NCBI GenBank assembly: GCA_964576135.1
Contig: CAZNTZ010000001.1
Span: 5,792-69,791, forward strand
From: an uncultured Muribaculaceae bacterium
GTDB lineage: Bacteria > Pseudomonadota > Alphaproteobacteria > Rs-D84
Reading direction: 5' to 3'
DNA length: 64,000 nt
In this document: positions 1 to 10,198 of the stretch, in pieces
Layout of the letters: each line of letters starts with the position of its first letter
Position numbering within the stretch: the stretch's first letter is position 1
Notes under the pieces: generated by a model
The model's database searches: none
The model's input: only the letters and a program-made list of their open reading frames with translations
Told to the model about the DNA's origin: nothing
Translations under genes and position numbers: made by a program

Positions 1-162
1 GGCGTTATTATCACGGATCATAATGTTCGCGAAACACTCGGTATCACTGATCGTTCTTATGTTTTGCATGATGGAAAAATCTTAAAGCATGGTACCACAC
101 CAGAAATTATCAAAGACAAAATGGTTCGCGAAGTTTATCTGGGTGAAAATTTCACACTTTGA
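1..162 (+). CDS. lptB: LPS export ABC transporter ATP-binding protein LptB, C-terminal fragment (5' end outside window)
   Basis: Frame 1 from nt 1 reads GVIITDHNVRETLGITDRSYVLHDGKILKHGTTPEIIKDKMVREVYLGENFTL then TGA at 160-162. It matches the conserved LptB C-terminus (ITDHNVRETL ... VYLGE.F.L). Confidence 0.7.
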   Translation, partial: GVIITDHNVRETLGITDRSYVLHDGKILKHGTTPEIIKDKMVREVYLGENFTL

Positions 163-184
163 TTTTATCTTTGTAATTTAAATA

Positions 185-3100
185 TCAGAATCTGTATCCA
201 CCGCCCAATCTAATGTTATGCGATTGAATATTTCCATTTGTTTGGAAACGGTAATCCAGTCCCAACTGTCCCCCGCGAGCAGATATAATATCAATACCAG
301 TACCAATATTAAACCACAGCGCGCCATTACCAGTGTCGTATTTAGAGAAATCAACAGCATCGATAAATTTATAGTCTATTGTTTTCTTTGCACCTAACAG
401 GTTGTATTCAAATCCAGTTGTAATTTTTGGAAGCAATTGTAACCATGGTGTGGCGTATATTCTTTTCTGAGCAGCCAAACTGTAACCAGGCGTTAATGAT
501 ATAAATCCATCTTGTTTTGCGTTCATATAATCCTGCAGATTCAATGTAAATCCAGAATTATAACCACCGCGCAGATATGCGTTTCCAACAATATATTTAT
601 TCAACAAATCATGCATTATTCCAAATTCACCAGATACAGACATAGCAGTTGTTGTGCCATCAGTATCTTTAAAGAATGTTTGGCTGCGCGATACATCAAT
701 TGAATGATTATAAAAATTCAAATTGCTGTAAAAGCTGGATTCTTGGGACAATTTTCTGATCAAGTATGCACCTAAGCTGAAACTTGTATCTTTGGCTTCG
801 GTTCTGACAGCGCCATATTGCATAACATTTGCATAAGATAAATCAACATTCATATCAGCATTACTTGTCAATTGTGCAAAACGAGCGGTAACACCCATAA
901 TTGTGTCTTTGCTGTGTTGCCAATCCATACCCGCAGAAACAGACAAACGATTACCATTTATATCCTCTGAATCATTAAAAAAGCTTACATTTGTATCGAC
1001 CCAGACTTTTTTCAAATTACGTGTACGGTTTAATAAAAATTCATCTACTAATTTATTTTCAAATTGACGATAATTCATACGTTCATCTAAATCGATTTGC
1101 ATTGCAACTGCGCCTGCTTCTATTGGTTCAAACATTTTTGCAAACCGTGCCATATACAATGTTTGTTTTGAATTATCGCTGTTGTAATATTCCATACGAT
1201 TATAAATTTCATTTCCTATTTGTTGAAAATCACTGCCCAAAAACGCACTTGGCATTGCTTCTATTGGGGTATTATTTACAAAACCATTTTTAATTAATAC
1301 ACCTTCAACCAAATTATCTAATGCCCCAGCCGAAGCATATTCATTTGCAGTATGGGTAGGTTCTTTGCCAACAATTGGTTGTATCTTAAATATTGATATT
1401 GGACCACCAAATCGTGGATCAAACACGATATAAATACTGTCGTTTAATCCGTCACCATCTACGTCTTTTACACTAAGATATGCAGGAACAGCACCAGATG
1501 CAGACAACGATTGATCAGCACGGAAAGCATCAAGATAATTAAAACATCTGCTGCCATCAAGGTTACAGAACATAACGTTCAAATTACGTGTACCAATTTG
1601 TAAATCTTGAATTTCTGTTGCTCTTAATAAATATACAGCATCACCAGAATCAACAATATTGGTCAAATACAATCCGATACTGCCATCACTTAAACCTGTA
1701 CCGCCTGGTGCTGTGGCAGTATTATTAGTAATTAAATTACCAGAAACATTTACGATTGCTGTACCGCCAGATATATTTCCATTTGAAATATCTATTGTTG
1801 AATTATGTGATGAATTTGACAACCCGACCAGCAATTGGCTTGTTGAATTAAAGTAATAATCACCAGTAATATTCATCGATCCAACGCCAAGGAATTTAAC
1901 CCCACCCGAAACATCGCCCATAATATTTGCATTTATAAGCCCTGATCCAGTTGCACTATAAATATATGTATCGCCTGCACTGATGATACCATTTCCTGTA
2001 ATATTTAAATTATCTGTGTGCAATTCCAGTGTTCCACCTGTTTGATATATTCCACCAGAACCAATATTGATTGTTGGTGATCTGAGCACTAAATCACCAC
2101 CAGAATTTAAAATTTGATATACGCTGATGCCTGTATTTGCACTTACTAAACCTGTGCCCGATTCGTTTGTCAGACGGTTCCCAATGTTGATTTGGTTAGC
2201 ATTCATAAACAAATCACAATTTGTACCGTTTGTGCAAAGCGCACCCAAAGCACTGTTACCAGTATTCCAAACAATATCACTAATATTTATTGTCCCAGTA
2301 TTGAGTGCGGATGAAACAAACAAATTTCCATTATTCAAAATCGAATATATATTTAATGAATTTGTACCTGAAAATATAATATCTCCGAAATTAACAATAT
2401 TTCTTACACTGAGTGTTGTACTTGAAGATATATTTGATACAGCCCCGACCGCCCCAGCAGTTGCGGTCGAACCATCCAATGTTCCATTTAATAAATCATT
2501 ACTTAGAACTATGTTGCCACTCGAAGCAAATGTCATACTGTTACCAACGTTTATAACGTCACTTGTCGCGGTAATACTTGTCGCAGTAATTGACATATCT
2601 GAATTTACATTATCAATTGCGGCCCCAACATTACTTCCGTTATAAATATTTGTAAATGAAACACCACCATTTAGAACATTTAATGTATAACTCGCTAAGT
2701 GGCTTCCTATATCTCCGGAAACACCTGTTAAGGTTCCAGTTTCTAAATAAAAATTATTACTATTTGTCGCAGAACCAATATCTATACCACCAACCAAAGT
2801 TGTTGCACCCGAAACATAACCTGTGAAATTACCATCAAGATACAAACCAGCGGCAGTTAAACTTGCCACTTTGGCAGAACTTGGGCCACCTATTTGTAAA
2901 GAATTACCAGTTTCAATACTTATACCCCCAGTAATGTTTCTTGCACCAGATGCGGCCAAAGTAGCAGAACTTGCAAAATAAACATCTCCGTCTGTTCCAA
3001 CATCTGTATGTCCAATAAATAAATCGCCAGCAGCACTAAGTCCACCTGCACCGAACCCAAAGTTAGCGCCATTACCAAAAACGATTCGGCCACCAGAATT

Positions 3101-3847
3101 AGATGTCACACCGGCTGATGAGAAATTTTGACCGATACCAGGGTTGATAGTAATTGCATTATCACTGTTTGTAACAGTTCCACCAACAGTAATGCCAGCG
3201 CCGCCCGTCAAAGTAATTCCACCATTACCAGAATTTGAAACATTACCCAGGATATTTATTTCGTTTGTTGCAGTAAGAGTTGTCGGCACAGGATCTGGGT
3301 CACCAATCCCGGTTGGAAAATCATATGTAACGCTTAAATTATTTACGCGTATAAAATTACTTGAATTTATAACTGCTTGACCAGATGAAATTGTAATATC
3401 GCCAATTGTTACACCCGTTGCACCGGTAACAGAAAGCATTTCTGCAGAATCAACCAATGATATATTTGATGTTTCAATACTGTTTGTCGAAGCATTCAAA
3501 ACAATATCACCCAGATGCGAAGTTATTGGGTTACGAACATATATATTACCACCTGTTGCAGACAGACTTACCGATCCGCCAAAATTTTCAATTGTACCAA
3601 TAACATCAATATCGCCAGCAGTCGAAGTTAAATTTACTTCGAAAAGACTTTTAAAAGTATTATTGCTGACAGTCAAACCATCTGAAGTATTATTCCAGAT
3701 ATAATCAGTACTGATTCCAGTGTTAGACTGGCTGTAAACAGGCGAAGTTGGCGGTTCTGCAACATCAACATTTACTATCCCAGCAGCGCGCGCAGCGCCA
3801 CATAAAGGCAAAACTGTAACCAAAATTGGTAAAATCTTTTTAAACAT
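185..3847 (-). CDS. autotransporter (type Va) outer-membrane protein with large Gly/Thr/Asn/Ser-rich beta-helical passenger
   Basis: 1220-aa ORF. N-terminal signal peptide MFKKILPILVTVLPLCGAARAAG. Long passenger full of G/T/N/S-rich repeats. C-terminal ~300 aa have alternating hydrophobic beta-strand character and end in ...GGGYRF, the aromatic C-terminal residue typical of OM beta-barrels and autotransporter translocators. Confidence 0.75.
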   Translation of the reverse strand: MFKKILPILVTVLPLCGAARAAGIVNVDVAEPPTSPVYSQSNTGISTDYIWNNTSDGLTVSNNTFKSLFEVNLTSTAGDIDVIGTIENFGGSVSLSATGGNIYVRNPITSHLGDIVLNASTNSIETSNISLVDSAEMLSVTGATGVTIGDITISSGQAVINSSNFIRVNNLSVTYDFPTGIGDPDPVPTTLTATNEINILGNVSNSGNGGITLTGGAGITVGGTVTNSDNAITINPGIGQNFSSAGVTSNSGGRIVFGNGANFGFGAGGLSAAGDLFIGHTDVGTDGDVYFASSATLAASGARNITGGISIETGNSLQIGGPSSAKVASLTAAGLYLDGNFTGYVSGATTLVGGIDIGSATNSNNFYLETGTLTGVSGDIGSHLASYTLNVLNGGVSFTNIYNGSNVGAAIDNVNSDMSITATSITATSDVINVGNSMTFASSGNIVLSNDLLNGTLDGSTATAGAVGAVSNISSSTTLSVRNIVNFGDIIFSGTNSLNIYSILNNGNLFVSSALNTGTINISDIVWNTGNSALGALCTNGTNCDLFMNANQINIGNRLTNESGTGLVSANTGISVYQILNSGGDLVLRSPTINIGSGGIYQTGGTLELHTDNLNITGNGIISAGDTYIYSATGSGLINANIMGDVSGGVKFLGVGSMNITGDYYFNSTSQLLVGLSNSSHNSTIDISNGNISGGTAIVNVSGNLITNNTATAPGGTGLSDGSIGLYLTNIVDSGDAVYLLRATEIQDLQIGTRNLNVMFCNLDGSRCFNYLDAFRADQSLSASGAVPAYLSVKDVDGDGLNDSIYIVFDPRFGGPISIFKIQPIVGKEPTHTANEYASAGALDNLVEGVLIKNGFVNNTPIEAMPSAFLGSDFQQIGNEIYNRMEYYNSDNSKQTLYMARFAKMFEPIEAGAVAMQIDLDERMNYRQFENKLVDEFLLNRTRNLKKVWVDTNVSFFNDSEDINGNRLSVSAGMDWQHSKDTIMGVTARFAQLTSNADMNVDLSYANVMQYGAVRTEAKDTSFSLGAYLIRKLSQESSFYSNLNFYNHSIDVSRSQTFFKDTDGTTTAMSVSGEFGIMHDLLNKYIVGNAYLRGGYNSGFTLNLQDYMNAKQDGFISLTPGYSLAAQKRIYATPWLQLLPKITTGFEYNLLGAKKTIDYKFIDAVDFSKYDTGNGALWFNIGTGIDIISARGGQLGLDYRFQTNGNIQSHNIRLGGGYRF

Positions 3848-3944
3848 CTTTTCCCTGCAATCGCTGAATTATATCATAAAATTAGGTTGACTCCAAAGAG
3901 TAAAATTTGTTATCCCTATACATCGAAGAAACTAAGGAAGAAAA

Positions 3945-5171
3945 ATGTTTAATATAACAAAAGTACATGCGCGGCAAATAATGGACAGCCGCGGAAATCC
4001 AACAATTGAATGCGATATTATGTTATCTGGCGGCGCTTTTGGCCGTGCAGCGGTACCAAGTGGCGCAAGCACAGGTAGCCACGAAGCGCTTGAATTGCGC
4101 GATGGTGGCAAAGATTATATGGGCAAAGGTGTTTTAACAGCGGTAAAAAACGTAAATGAAATTATTGCACCTGTCGTTATTGGTATGGATGCAAGCAAAC
4201 AATTTGAAATTGATGAAAAAATGATTGAGATTGACGGCACCCCAAACAAAGCAAAGCTTGGTGCAAATGCGATTTTGGCTGTTTCAATGGCTGTTGCACA
4301 TGCTGCTGCAAAACAATCTGGCAAACCACTTTATAAATATATAGAAACAAAAAATGGATTGTCTTTACCACGTCCAATGATGAATATCATCAATGGTGGT
4401 GCACATGCAGATAACGGACTTGATGCACAGGAATTTATGATTATTCCACTGACAAATTCGGCGACAAAATCCGTAAAGATGGGCAGCGAAGTTTTTCATA
4501 ATCTGAAATCAATTTTGAAACAAGCCGGTCATTCAACCAATGTTGGTGACGAAGGTGGTTTTGCGCCAAACTTAAACACAACCCGCGAAGCACTTGATAC
4601 AATTATGTCTGCTATTGCCAAAGCTGGTTATGTTGCAGGAACAGATATCGCAATTGGAATGGATGTCGCAAGTTCTGAATTTTATCGTAACGGAATTTAC
4701 GAATTCGAAGGCAAAAAATTATCATCTGATGAAATGGTTGCTTTCTATGAAAAACTTATTTTGGATTATCCGATTATTTCAATCGAAGACGGACTGGCCG
4801 AAGATGATTGGGATGGATGGAAAAAATTAACATCATCAATTGGTGAAAAATGCCAATTAGTTGGCGATGATTTATTCGTAACAAATCCGACGAGATTGAA
4901 ACGTGGAATTGACGCCGGAATTGCAAATGCGATTTTAATCAAAGTAAATCAAATTGGTTCTTTGACAGAAACTTTTGCAGCGATTAAAATGGCACAAGAT
5001 GCAAAATATGGTGTTATCATATCGCACCGCAGTGGCGAAACCGAAGACACAACAATTGCCGATTTATCAGTTGCAACTGCTGCGGGTCAGATTAAAACAG
5101 GTTCAATGTCACGAACAGATCGTATGGCAAAATATAACCAATTGATCAGAATTGAAGAGGAAATCGCATAA
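3945..5171 (+). CDS. eno: enolase (phosphopyruvate hydratase)
   Basis: 408 aa. N-terminus [41 protein letters not shown], and full-length enolase-like conservation including ...[12 protein letters not shown]...SHRSGETED. Confidence 0.95.
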   Translation: MFNITKVHARQIMDSRGNPTIECDIMLSGGAFGRAAVPSGASTGSHEALELRDGGKDYMGKGVLTAVKNVNEIIAPVVIGMDASKQFEIDEKMIEIDGTPNKAKLGANAILAVSMAVAHAAAKQSGKPLYKYIETKNGLSLPRPMMNIINGGAHADNGLDAQEFMIIPLTNSATKSVKMGSEVFHNLKSILKQAGHSTNVGDEGGFAPNLNTTREALDTIMSAIAKAGYVAGTDIAIGMDVASSEFYRNGIYEFEGKKLSSDEMVAFYEKLILDYPIISIEDGLAEDDWDGWKKLTSSIGEKCQLVGDDLFVTNPTRLKRGIDAGIANAILIKVNQIGSLTETFAAIKMAQDAKYGVIISHRSGETEDTTIADLSVATAAGQIKTGSMSRTDRMAKYNQLIRIEEEIA

Positions 5172-5175
5172 ATAA

Positions 5176-5382
5176 ATGCTTACACTCGATTTATTATTTT
5201 TGATTGTAAAATACGTATTTGCAATCGCGATTTTTATCGTATTGCTTGGCGCGCCGGCTTGGCTTGCGCGCCAAAATAAGAAAGATAAATTACAAATGGG
5301 AATCGTACGTGTTTCCAGTTGGTTATTCGGATGGACAGGTGTCGGTTGGATTTATGCACTGTATCTGGCTGTACGAAAATAA
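5176..5382 (+). CDS. small hydrophobic membrane protein, function unknown
   Basis: 68-aa ORF 4 nt after eno. Two predicted TM helices (LLFLIVKYVFAIAIFIVLLGA and WLFGWTGVGWIYALYLAV). No motif recognised. Confidence 0.4.
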   Translation: MLTLDLLFLIVKYVFAIAIFIVLLGAPAWLARQNKKDKLQMGIVRVSSWLFGWTGVGWIYALYLAVRK

Positions 5383-5460
5383 TCAAAAATCCCCTTGCAA
5401 TTACATTGTTTTTACGCTTTAATTCCCGTAAGATTAGAAAAAATAAAGAAAGGATGACTC

Positions 5461-5919
5461 ATGGCAGGCAGTATAAATAAAGTTATACTTGTTGGAAATT
5501 TGGGTGGTGACCCACAAGTTCGTCAAATGCAAAACGGACAAAAAGTTGTCAGTTTTTCTCTTGCTACATCTGAATCATGGAAAGATAAATCTACTGGGGA
5601 AAGAAAAGAACAAACTGAATGGCACCGCGTTGTAATTTTTCAACCAAACCTGGTCGAAGTTGCTGAACGTATGTTACAAAAAGGATCCAAAGTTTATATC
5701 GAGGGTCAATTGCGTACACGTAAATGGCAAAACCAACAAGGTCTTGAAGTTTACACAACCGAAGTTATATTAAATGGCTTCACTGCTATCATGGTAATAC
5801 TCAGTGGTTCAAAAACATCTGATGGAATGGGCGGCGATTATTCATCTGCATCACATGCAAGCCAACCACCACGTGAAGAAATAAATGTTGCACAAATCGG
5901 TGATGATATACCGTTTTAA
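5461..5919 (+). CDS. ssb: single-stranded DNA-binding protein
   Basis: 152 aa. OB-fold N-terminus [21 protein letters not shown] ... TEWHRVVIF. Gly/Ser-rich tail ending in acidic DDIPF. RBS AAAGGATGA upstream. Confidence 0.9.
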   Translation: MAGSINKVILVGNLGGDPQVRQMQNGQKVVSFSLATSESWKDKSTGERKEQTEWHRVVIFQPNLVEVAERMLQKGSKVYIEGQLRTRKWQNQQGLEVYTTEVILNGFTAIMVILSGSKTSDGMGGDYSSASHASQPPREEINVAQIGDDIPF

Positions 5920-5923
5920 CAAA

Positions 5924-5953
5924 TAAAAAATGCGGCGTTTGCCGCATTTTTTA
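5924..5953. terminator. rho-independent terminator hairpin between convergent ssb and bamE-like genes
   Basis: aaaaaaa-tGCGGCgtttGCCGCa-ttttttatt. GC stem flanked by an A-run and a T-run, so it can act on both strands. Confidence 0.7.
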
Positions 5954-5967
5954 TTACACACTTGTTT

Positions 5968-6405
5968 TTATTGTCCGAGTCCAGCGGGTGTAAACCGACC
6001 AATATTATTAAACAATTCTTGCAAAGCATTTAATTCTATCGCTGCTGGTATTTGTGTTTCGTCATCTGAAATTTTTATATCTGGCAACTGATCATCTTTT
6101 AATATCTTGCTGTTCGTAATTTTTCCAGAATTATCTGACCAAACTAATAATGCTTTCTTATTATCATAAGTCACAGGAAACGGACCGTGATAATTTTCAT
6201 CAGCACCGTAATAAATCCAGACTGGATCACCAAAAACAGTTTTTGCCTGGGGTGATCCAAAATTTTCTGTTAAATCTTGTGTGGTTTTAACAGATGCGAC
6301 TTGGGTTTCCAAATCATCTGGAAAAATAAAACCGCGATGTTTCGTTTGAAAAGTACAAGCAGACAAAACTATCAAAGAACAAAATCCAAAAGTAATTTTA
6401 TACAT
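5968..6405 (-). CDS. bamE: outer membrane lipoprotein, BamE (SmpA/OmlA)-like
   Basis: Lipobox (FGFCSLIVLSAC) followed by FGSPQAKTVFGDPVWIYYG, resembling the BamE core motif (G-[ST]-P ... W-x-Y). The ORF track extends it to 6462 (MKNQ...), abutting the PFOR stop; the internal ATG at 6405 gives a cleaner lipoprotein signal. Confidence 0.55.
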   Translation of the reverse strand: MYKITFGFCSLIVLSACTFQTKHRGFIFPDDLETQVASVKTTQDLTENFGSPQAKTVFGDPVWIYYGADENYHGPFPVTYDNKKALLVWSDNSGKITNSKILKDDQLPDIKISDDETQIPAAIELNALQELFNNIGRFTPAGLGQ

Positions 6406-6462
6406 TGAACTTTTAAACAAATAAACTTTCAAAGATTTTGTCTTTGATATTTGATTTTTCAT

Positions 6463-9400
6463 CTAGCTATCCTTTTTCTGCATAGCAAAGTTTGCGATAT
6501 GCTGTTTCAATTCACGACGATACACGTTATCATTTTTAGCAAGTTCTACCAATTTATCAAAATTAGGGTTTGCTGCTTTGGCTGCACTGAAACGCGATTC
6601 GGTTTTTAAGAAATCTTCTAAATCCACAGATGCTGGACCAGAATCCATAGTAAGTGGATTTTTACCCTGCTCTATTAAATTTGGATTAAACCGATAAAGT
6701 GGCCATGCCCCTGTTCCAACCAATTGATGTTGATGTTCAACACCTTTGTTCAAAGCATAACCATGTGCAATGCACGGACTGTACGCAAGAATTATTGACG
6801 GTCCATTAAATGCTTCTGCTTCGCGGAATGCTTTAATAGCCTGGGCTTGGTTTGAACCCAATGCAATTTGTGCGACATATGCACCAGACATCATTGCAAT
6901 CATTCCTAAATCTTTCTTGGCCATTTCTTTTCCGCCGACAGCAAATTTCATTGATGCACCAAATGGTGTTGCCTTGGACTGTTGGCCACCAGTATTTGAA
7001 TAACCTTCGGTATCAAGTACAAGTATATTCACATTTTGTCCGCTGTGCAAAATATGATCCAAACCACCATATCCAATATCATATGCCCAACCGTCACCAC
7101 CAATAATCCAAACAGATTTATCAACAATTGCATCGGCAAGCGATTCGGCAATTCGTGCGCGTGGGTTTTTAATCTTTGCCAATTTTTCACGAATCATTTT
7201 TTCGTTTTCACGTTGTTTTTCAATATCTTTCTCGGCAAGAATTTTTTCAATAATCTTATCGTCTTCGTCATCAAACACTTCAAATAACAAAGATTTTAAT
7301 GCTGCACCGCGTTGATTCAATGCCATACGCATTCCTAAACCATATTCAGCATTATCTTCGAATAATGAATTTGACCACGCTGGCCCACGACCATTCGCAT
7401 CTTTGGTCCATGGTGTAGTTGGCAGATTTCCACTGTAAATTGACGAACATCCGGTTGCATTTGCAACAACCATACGATCACCAAATAAATGTGCCAACAT
7501 TTTTATATAAGGTGTTTCACCACATCCTGCGCATGCACCTGGGAATTCAAAATAATGTGGCGTTAATTCTAAATGCTTTGGCAAATTCAGGTTTAATTTT
7601 TCACGTGGAAATTCTGGCAAATTTGTAGCTTCGTCAAATGCCTTTTGTTGATTTTCAGTGTCGTTAAGTGGCACCATAGAAAGCGCGTTAACAGGACAAT
7701 TTTTAGCACAAACTTCGCAACCAGTACAATCAGCCGGCGAAATATTTAGTGTGAATTCCAAATCCGAACCAAGTTCTGGCGTTTTATAATCAACAAATTT
7801 TACAGATTCATAATCACCAATTTTGGATTTTTCCAATACGTTTTGGCGAATCGCTGCATGTGGGCACAGCATTGAACATTTTCCACATTGGATACATTTA
7901 TCTAAATCAACTGTCGCAACACTGTCTGATATTGCGCGTTTTTCGTATTTAGATGTTCCAACTGGATACTGACCACCACCAAACATACCGTCAACTTTGA
8001 ATGTGGATACAGGCAAAGAATCTCCGCGCATTCCGGCCATTTCGCCCAATGTTCCTGCGATTTCAACTGGTGTATTCACAGTCATTGCAGGTATAAAGTC
8101 TGGTGCAAAATTTGATGGACTGGATGGTAATTTATATTCTGTTAAAAATTCGCCAGCGCGATCAACCGCGGCCCAGTTAGCAGATACAACTTCGGCACCC
8201 TTCTTTTTATAAGTTTTTTCAATCGCAGCTTTGGCCGAATCAGCGGCCTTAGTCGGATCAATTATTTGTGTAATATTAAAGAAATTCAACAAAATGAATG
8301 TATTAATTCTGTTGCCCAAACCAAGTTCGGTCGCGCCACGATTCGCATCAAGGAAATAAACGTGCGCGTGGTTTCTGATTAATAATTCTTGAACTTCGTG
8401 CGGCAGATTTGCAAAAGCAATTTCAGGTTTCATTCCTGTATTAAACATCACAGAACCACCTGGTTTTAATGCTTTGAAAATATCAAATCTTTGTGCAATT
8501 ACAAAATTTGAAATTCCGATAAAATCAGCTGACTCTACCAGATATTGTGATTTGATTGGTTTTTCACCAAAACGTAAATGTGAAACGGTAAGTCCACCAG
8601 ATTTTTTGGAATCATACACAGCATAGCTTTGTGGATAAAGATCAGAATTTTCACCAACTATCTTAACAATATTTTTTACCGCACCAACTGTTCCATCGGA
8701 ACCAATGCCGTAAAGCAGAGCTGTTTTTACATCTTTGTCTTCAACTGTAAAAAATTCGTCGGTTGGCAAAGAATTGTTTGTTAAATCATCGACAATTCCG
8801 ACAACAAAATTATGTTTTGGTTTACCAGAAATCAGCATTTCATAGATTGCTTTGACATCACGTGGCTTGAATTCTTTTGAACCCAAACCATAACGTCCAC
8901 CAACAATATCTATGTCTAAACGTGCTGCATGTATAGTTGAAACAATATCTTGGTACAGAGGTTCACCAGTAGCCCCAGATTCTTTGGTTCGGTCAAGCAC
9001 AGCGATTCGTTTTACTGTTTTTGGCAAAGCCTCGATAAATGCATCTGTTGGAAATGGACGATATAAATGTACGGCAATCAATCCAGTCTTTGATGGTAAA
9101 TATGGTAATGTTTCGGTAATTGTATCAATCGCACTTCCCATTGCGACCACAACATTTTCAGCCTTTGGGTCACCAATGTATTCGACCAATTTATATTCAC
9201 GACCTGTCAATTTCGAGAATTTTTCCATCGTTTCCGCAACAATTTTTGGAATTTCATTGTAAAGTGGATTTGCTGCTTCGCGGCCTTGGAAATAAACGTC
9301 TGGGTTTTGCGCTGTTCCACGAATTGTTGGATTATTCGGACTCATCCCACGAGCGCGGTTTTCTAGGACTAATTCATCGGTAACTAATTCATGAAGAACT

Positions 9401-9993
9401 TCGTTTGGAATTCTTGTAATTCTGGATTCTTCGTGACTGGTGCGGAATCCATCAAAGAAATGCATGAATGGAACGCGTGCACGTAATGTTGATGCATGTG
9501 CAATAGCGGCCAAGTCATGTGCTGCTTGAACATTATTAGATGACAACATTGCAAATCCAGTCTGGCGGGCAGACATAACGTCACTGTGATCACCAAATAT
9601 AGAAAGAGCGTGTGTAGCAAGAGCGCGCGCGGCGACATGCATAACAAAAGGTGTATGTTCGCCCGCAATTTTATACATATTTGGAATCATAAGTAATAAA
9701 CCTTGCGACGCAGTAAATGTTGTCGCCAAAGATCCCATTTGCAAAGCACCGTGCAATGCGCCTGCTGCTCCACCTTCGGATTCCATTTCGATTACAGATG
9801 GTTGAACACCCCAAATATTCTTTTTATGCTGAAAAGCCCATTCATCAGCCAATTCACCCATTGTGCTTGATGGAGTAATTGGAAAAATCGCCATGAATTC
9901 GCTCAGTCTGTATGCGACATCGGCTGCAGCCCAGTTACCATCTGTTATTAAATGCTCGGGTTTACTTTTACTTTGTTCTTGTTCTTTTTTCAT
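6463..9993 (-). CDS. nifJ: pyruvate:ferredoxin (flavodoxin) oxidoreductase, single-chain homodimeric type
   Basis: 1176 aa. N-terminus ITDGNWAAADVAYRLSEFMAIFPITPSS. Two 4Fe-4S ferredoxin motifs (CIQCGKCSMLCP, CTGCEVCAKNCP). TPP-binding GGDGWAYDIGYGGLDH. Confidence 0.9.
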   Translation of the reverse strand: MKKEQEQSKSKPEHLITDGNWAAADVAYRLSEFMAIFPITPSSTMGELADEWAFQHKKNIWGVQPSVIEMESEGGAAGALHGALQMGSLATTFTASQGLLLMIPNMYKIAGEHTPFVMHVAARALATHALSIFGDHSDVMSARQTGFAMLSSNNVQAAHDLAAIAHASTLRARVPFMHFFDGFRTSHEESRITRIPNEVLHELVTDELVLENRARGMSPNNPTIRGTAQNPDVYFQGREAANPLYNEIPKIVAETMEKFSKLTGREYKLVEYIGDPKAENVVVAMGSAIDTITETLPYLPSKTGLIAVHLYRPFPTDAFIEALPKTVKRIAVLDRTKESGATGEPLYQDIVSTIHAARLDIDIVGGRYGLGSKEFKPRDVKAIYEMLISGKPKHNFVVGIVDDLTNNSLPTDEFFTVEDKDVKTALLYGIGSDGTVGAVKNIVKIVGENSDLYPQSYAVYDSKKSGGLTVSHLRFGEKPIKSQYLVESADFIGISNFVIAQRFDIFKALKPGGSVMFNTGMKPEIAFANLPHEVQELLIRNHAHVYFLDANRGATELGLGNRINTFILLNFFNITQIIDPTKAADSAKAAIEKTYKKKGAEVVSANWAAVDRAGEFLTEYKLPSSPSNFAPDFIPAMTVNTPVEIAGTLGEMAGMRGDSLPVSTFKVDGMFGGGQYPVGTSKYEKRAISDSVATVDLDKCIQCGKCSMLCPHAAIRQNVLEKSKIGDYESVKFVDYKTPELGSDLEFTLNISPADCTGCEVCAKNCPVNALSMVPLNDTENQQKAFDEATNLPEFPREKLNLNLPKHLELTPHYFEFPGACAGCGETPYIKMLAHLFGDRMVVANATGCSSIYSGNLPTTPWTKDANGRGPAWSNSLFEDNAEYGLGMRMALNQRGAALKSLLFEVFDDEDDKIIEKILAEKDIEKQRENEKMIREKLAKIKNPRARIAESLADAIVDKSVWIIGGDGWAYDIGYGGLDHILHSGQNVNILVLDTEGYSNTGGQQSKATPFGASMKFAVGGKEMAKKDLGMIAMMSGAYVAQIALGSNQAQAIKAFREAEAFNGPSIILAYSPCIAHGYALNKGVEHQHQLVGTGAWPLYRFNPNLIEQGKNPLTMDSGPASVDLEDFLKTESRFSAAKAANPNFDKLVELAKNDNVYRRELKQHIANFAMQKKDS

Positions 9994-10198
9994 GTTTTAT
10001 TCTTTTTGTTTGTTTTTAAGTCGACAAAACCTGACACAGTTGTTGCCAACTTTGAATTGTTTTTTTTGGTGCGTAACCCACTAATTATAACCCACCAAAA
10101 GGTTAAAAACAAGAAAAGAGATAATTTATTGACAAAACAGTAATATACGACAAGTTTTATACCGCTATATTTTATAAAACATAGCGGTATAATTTATA

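Noticed and set aside
2127-2645. 172-aa plus-strand ORF (and several others) antisense within the autotransporter gene
   Set aside because: Antisense to a long, well-supported CDS. Low-complexity translation. A typical shadow ORF in repetitive Gly/Thr-rich coding DNA.
5176-5382. Assigning the 68-aa membrane ORF after eno to a named family (DUF3302-like)
   Set aside because: Only a vague resemblance in the C-terminal W...WIxALY segment. Kept as an unnamed small membrane protein.
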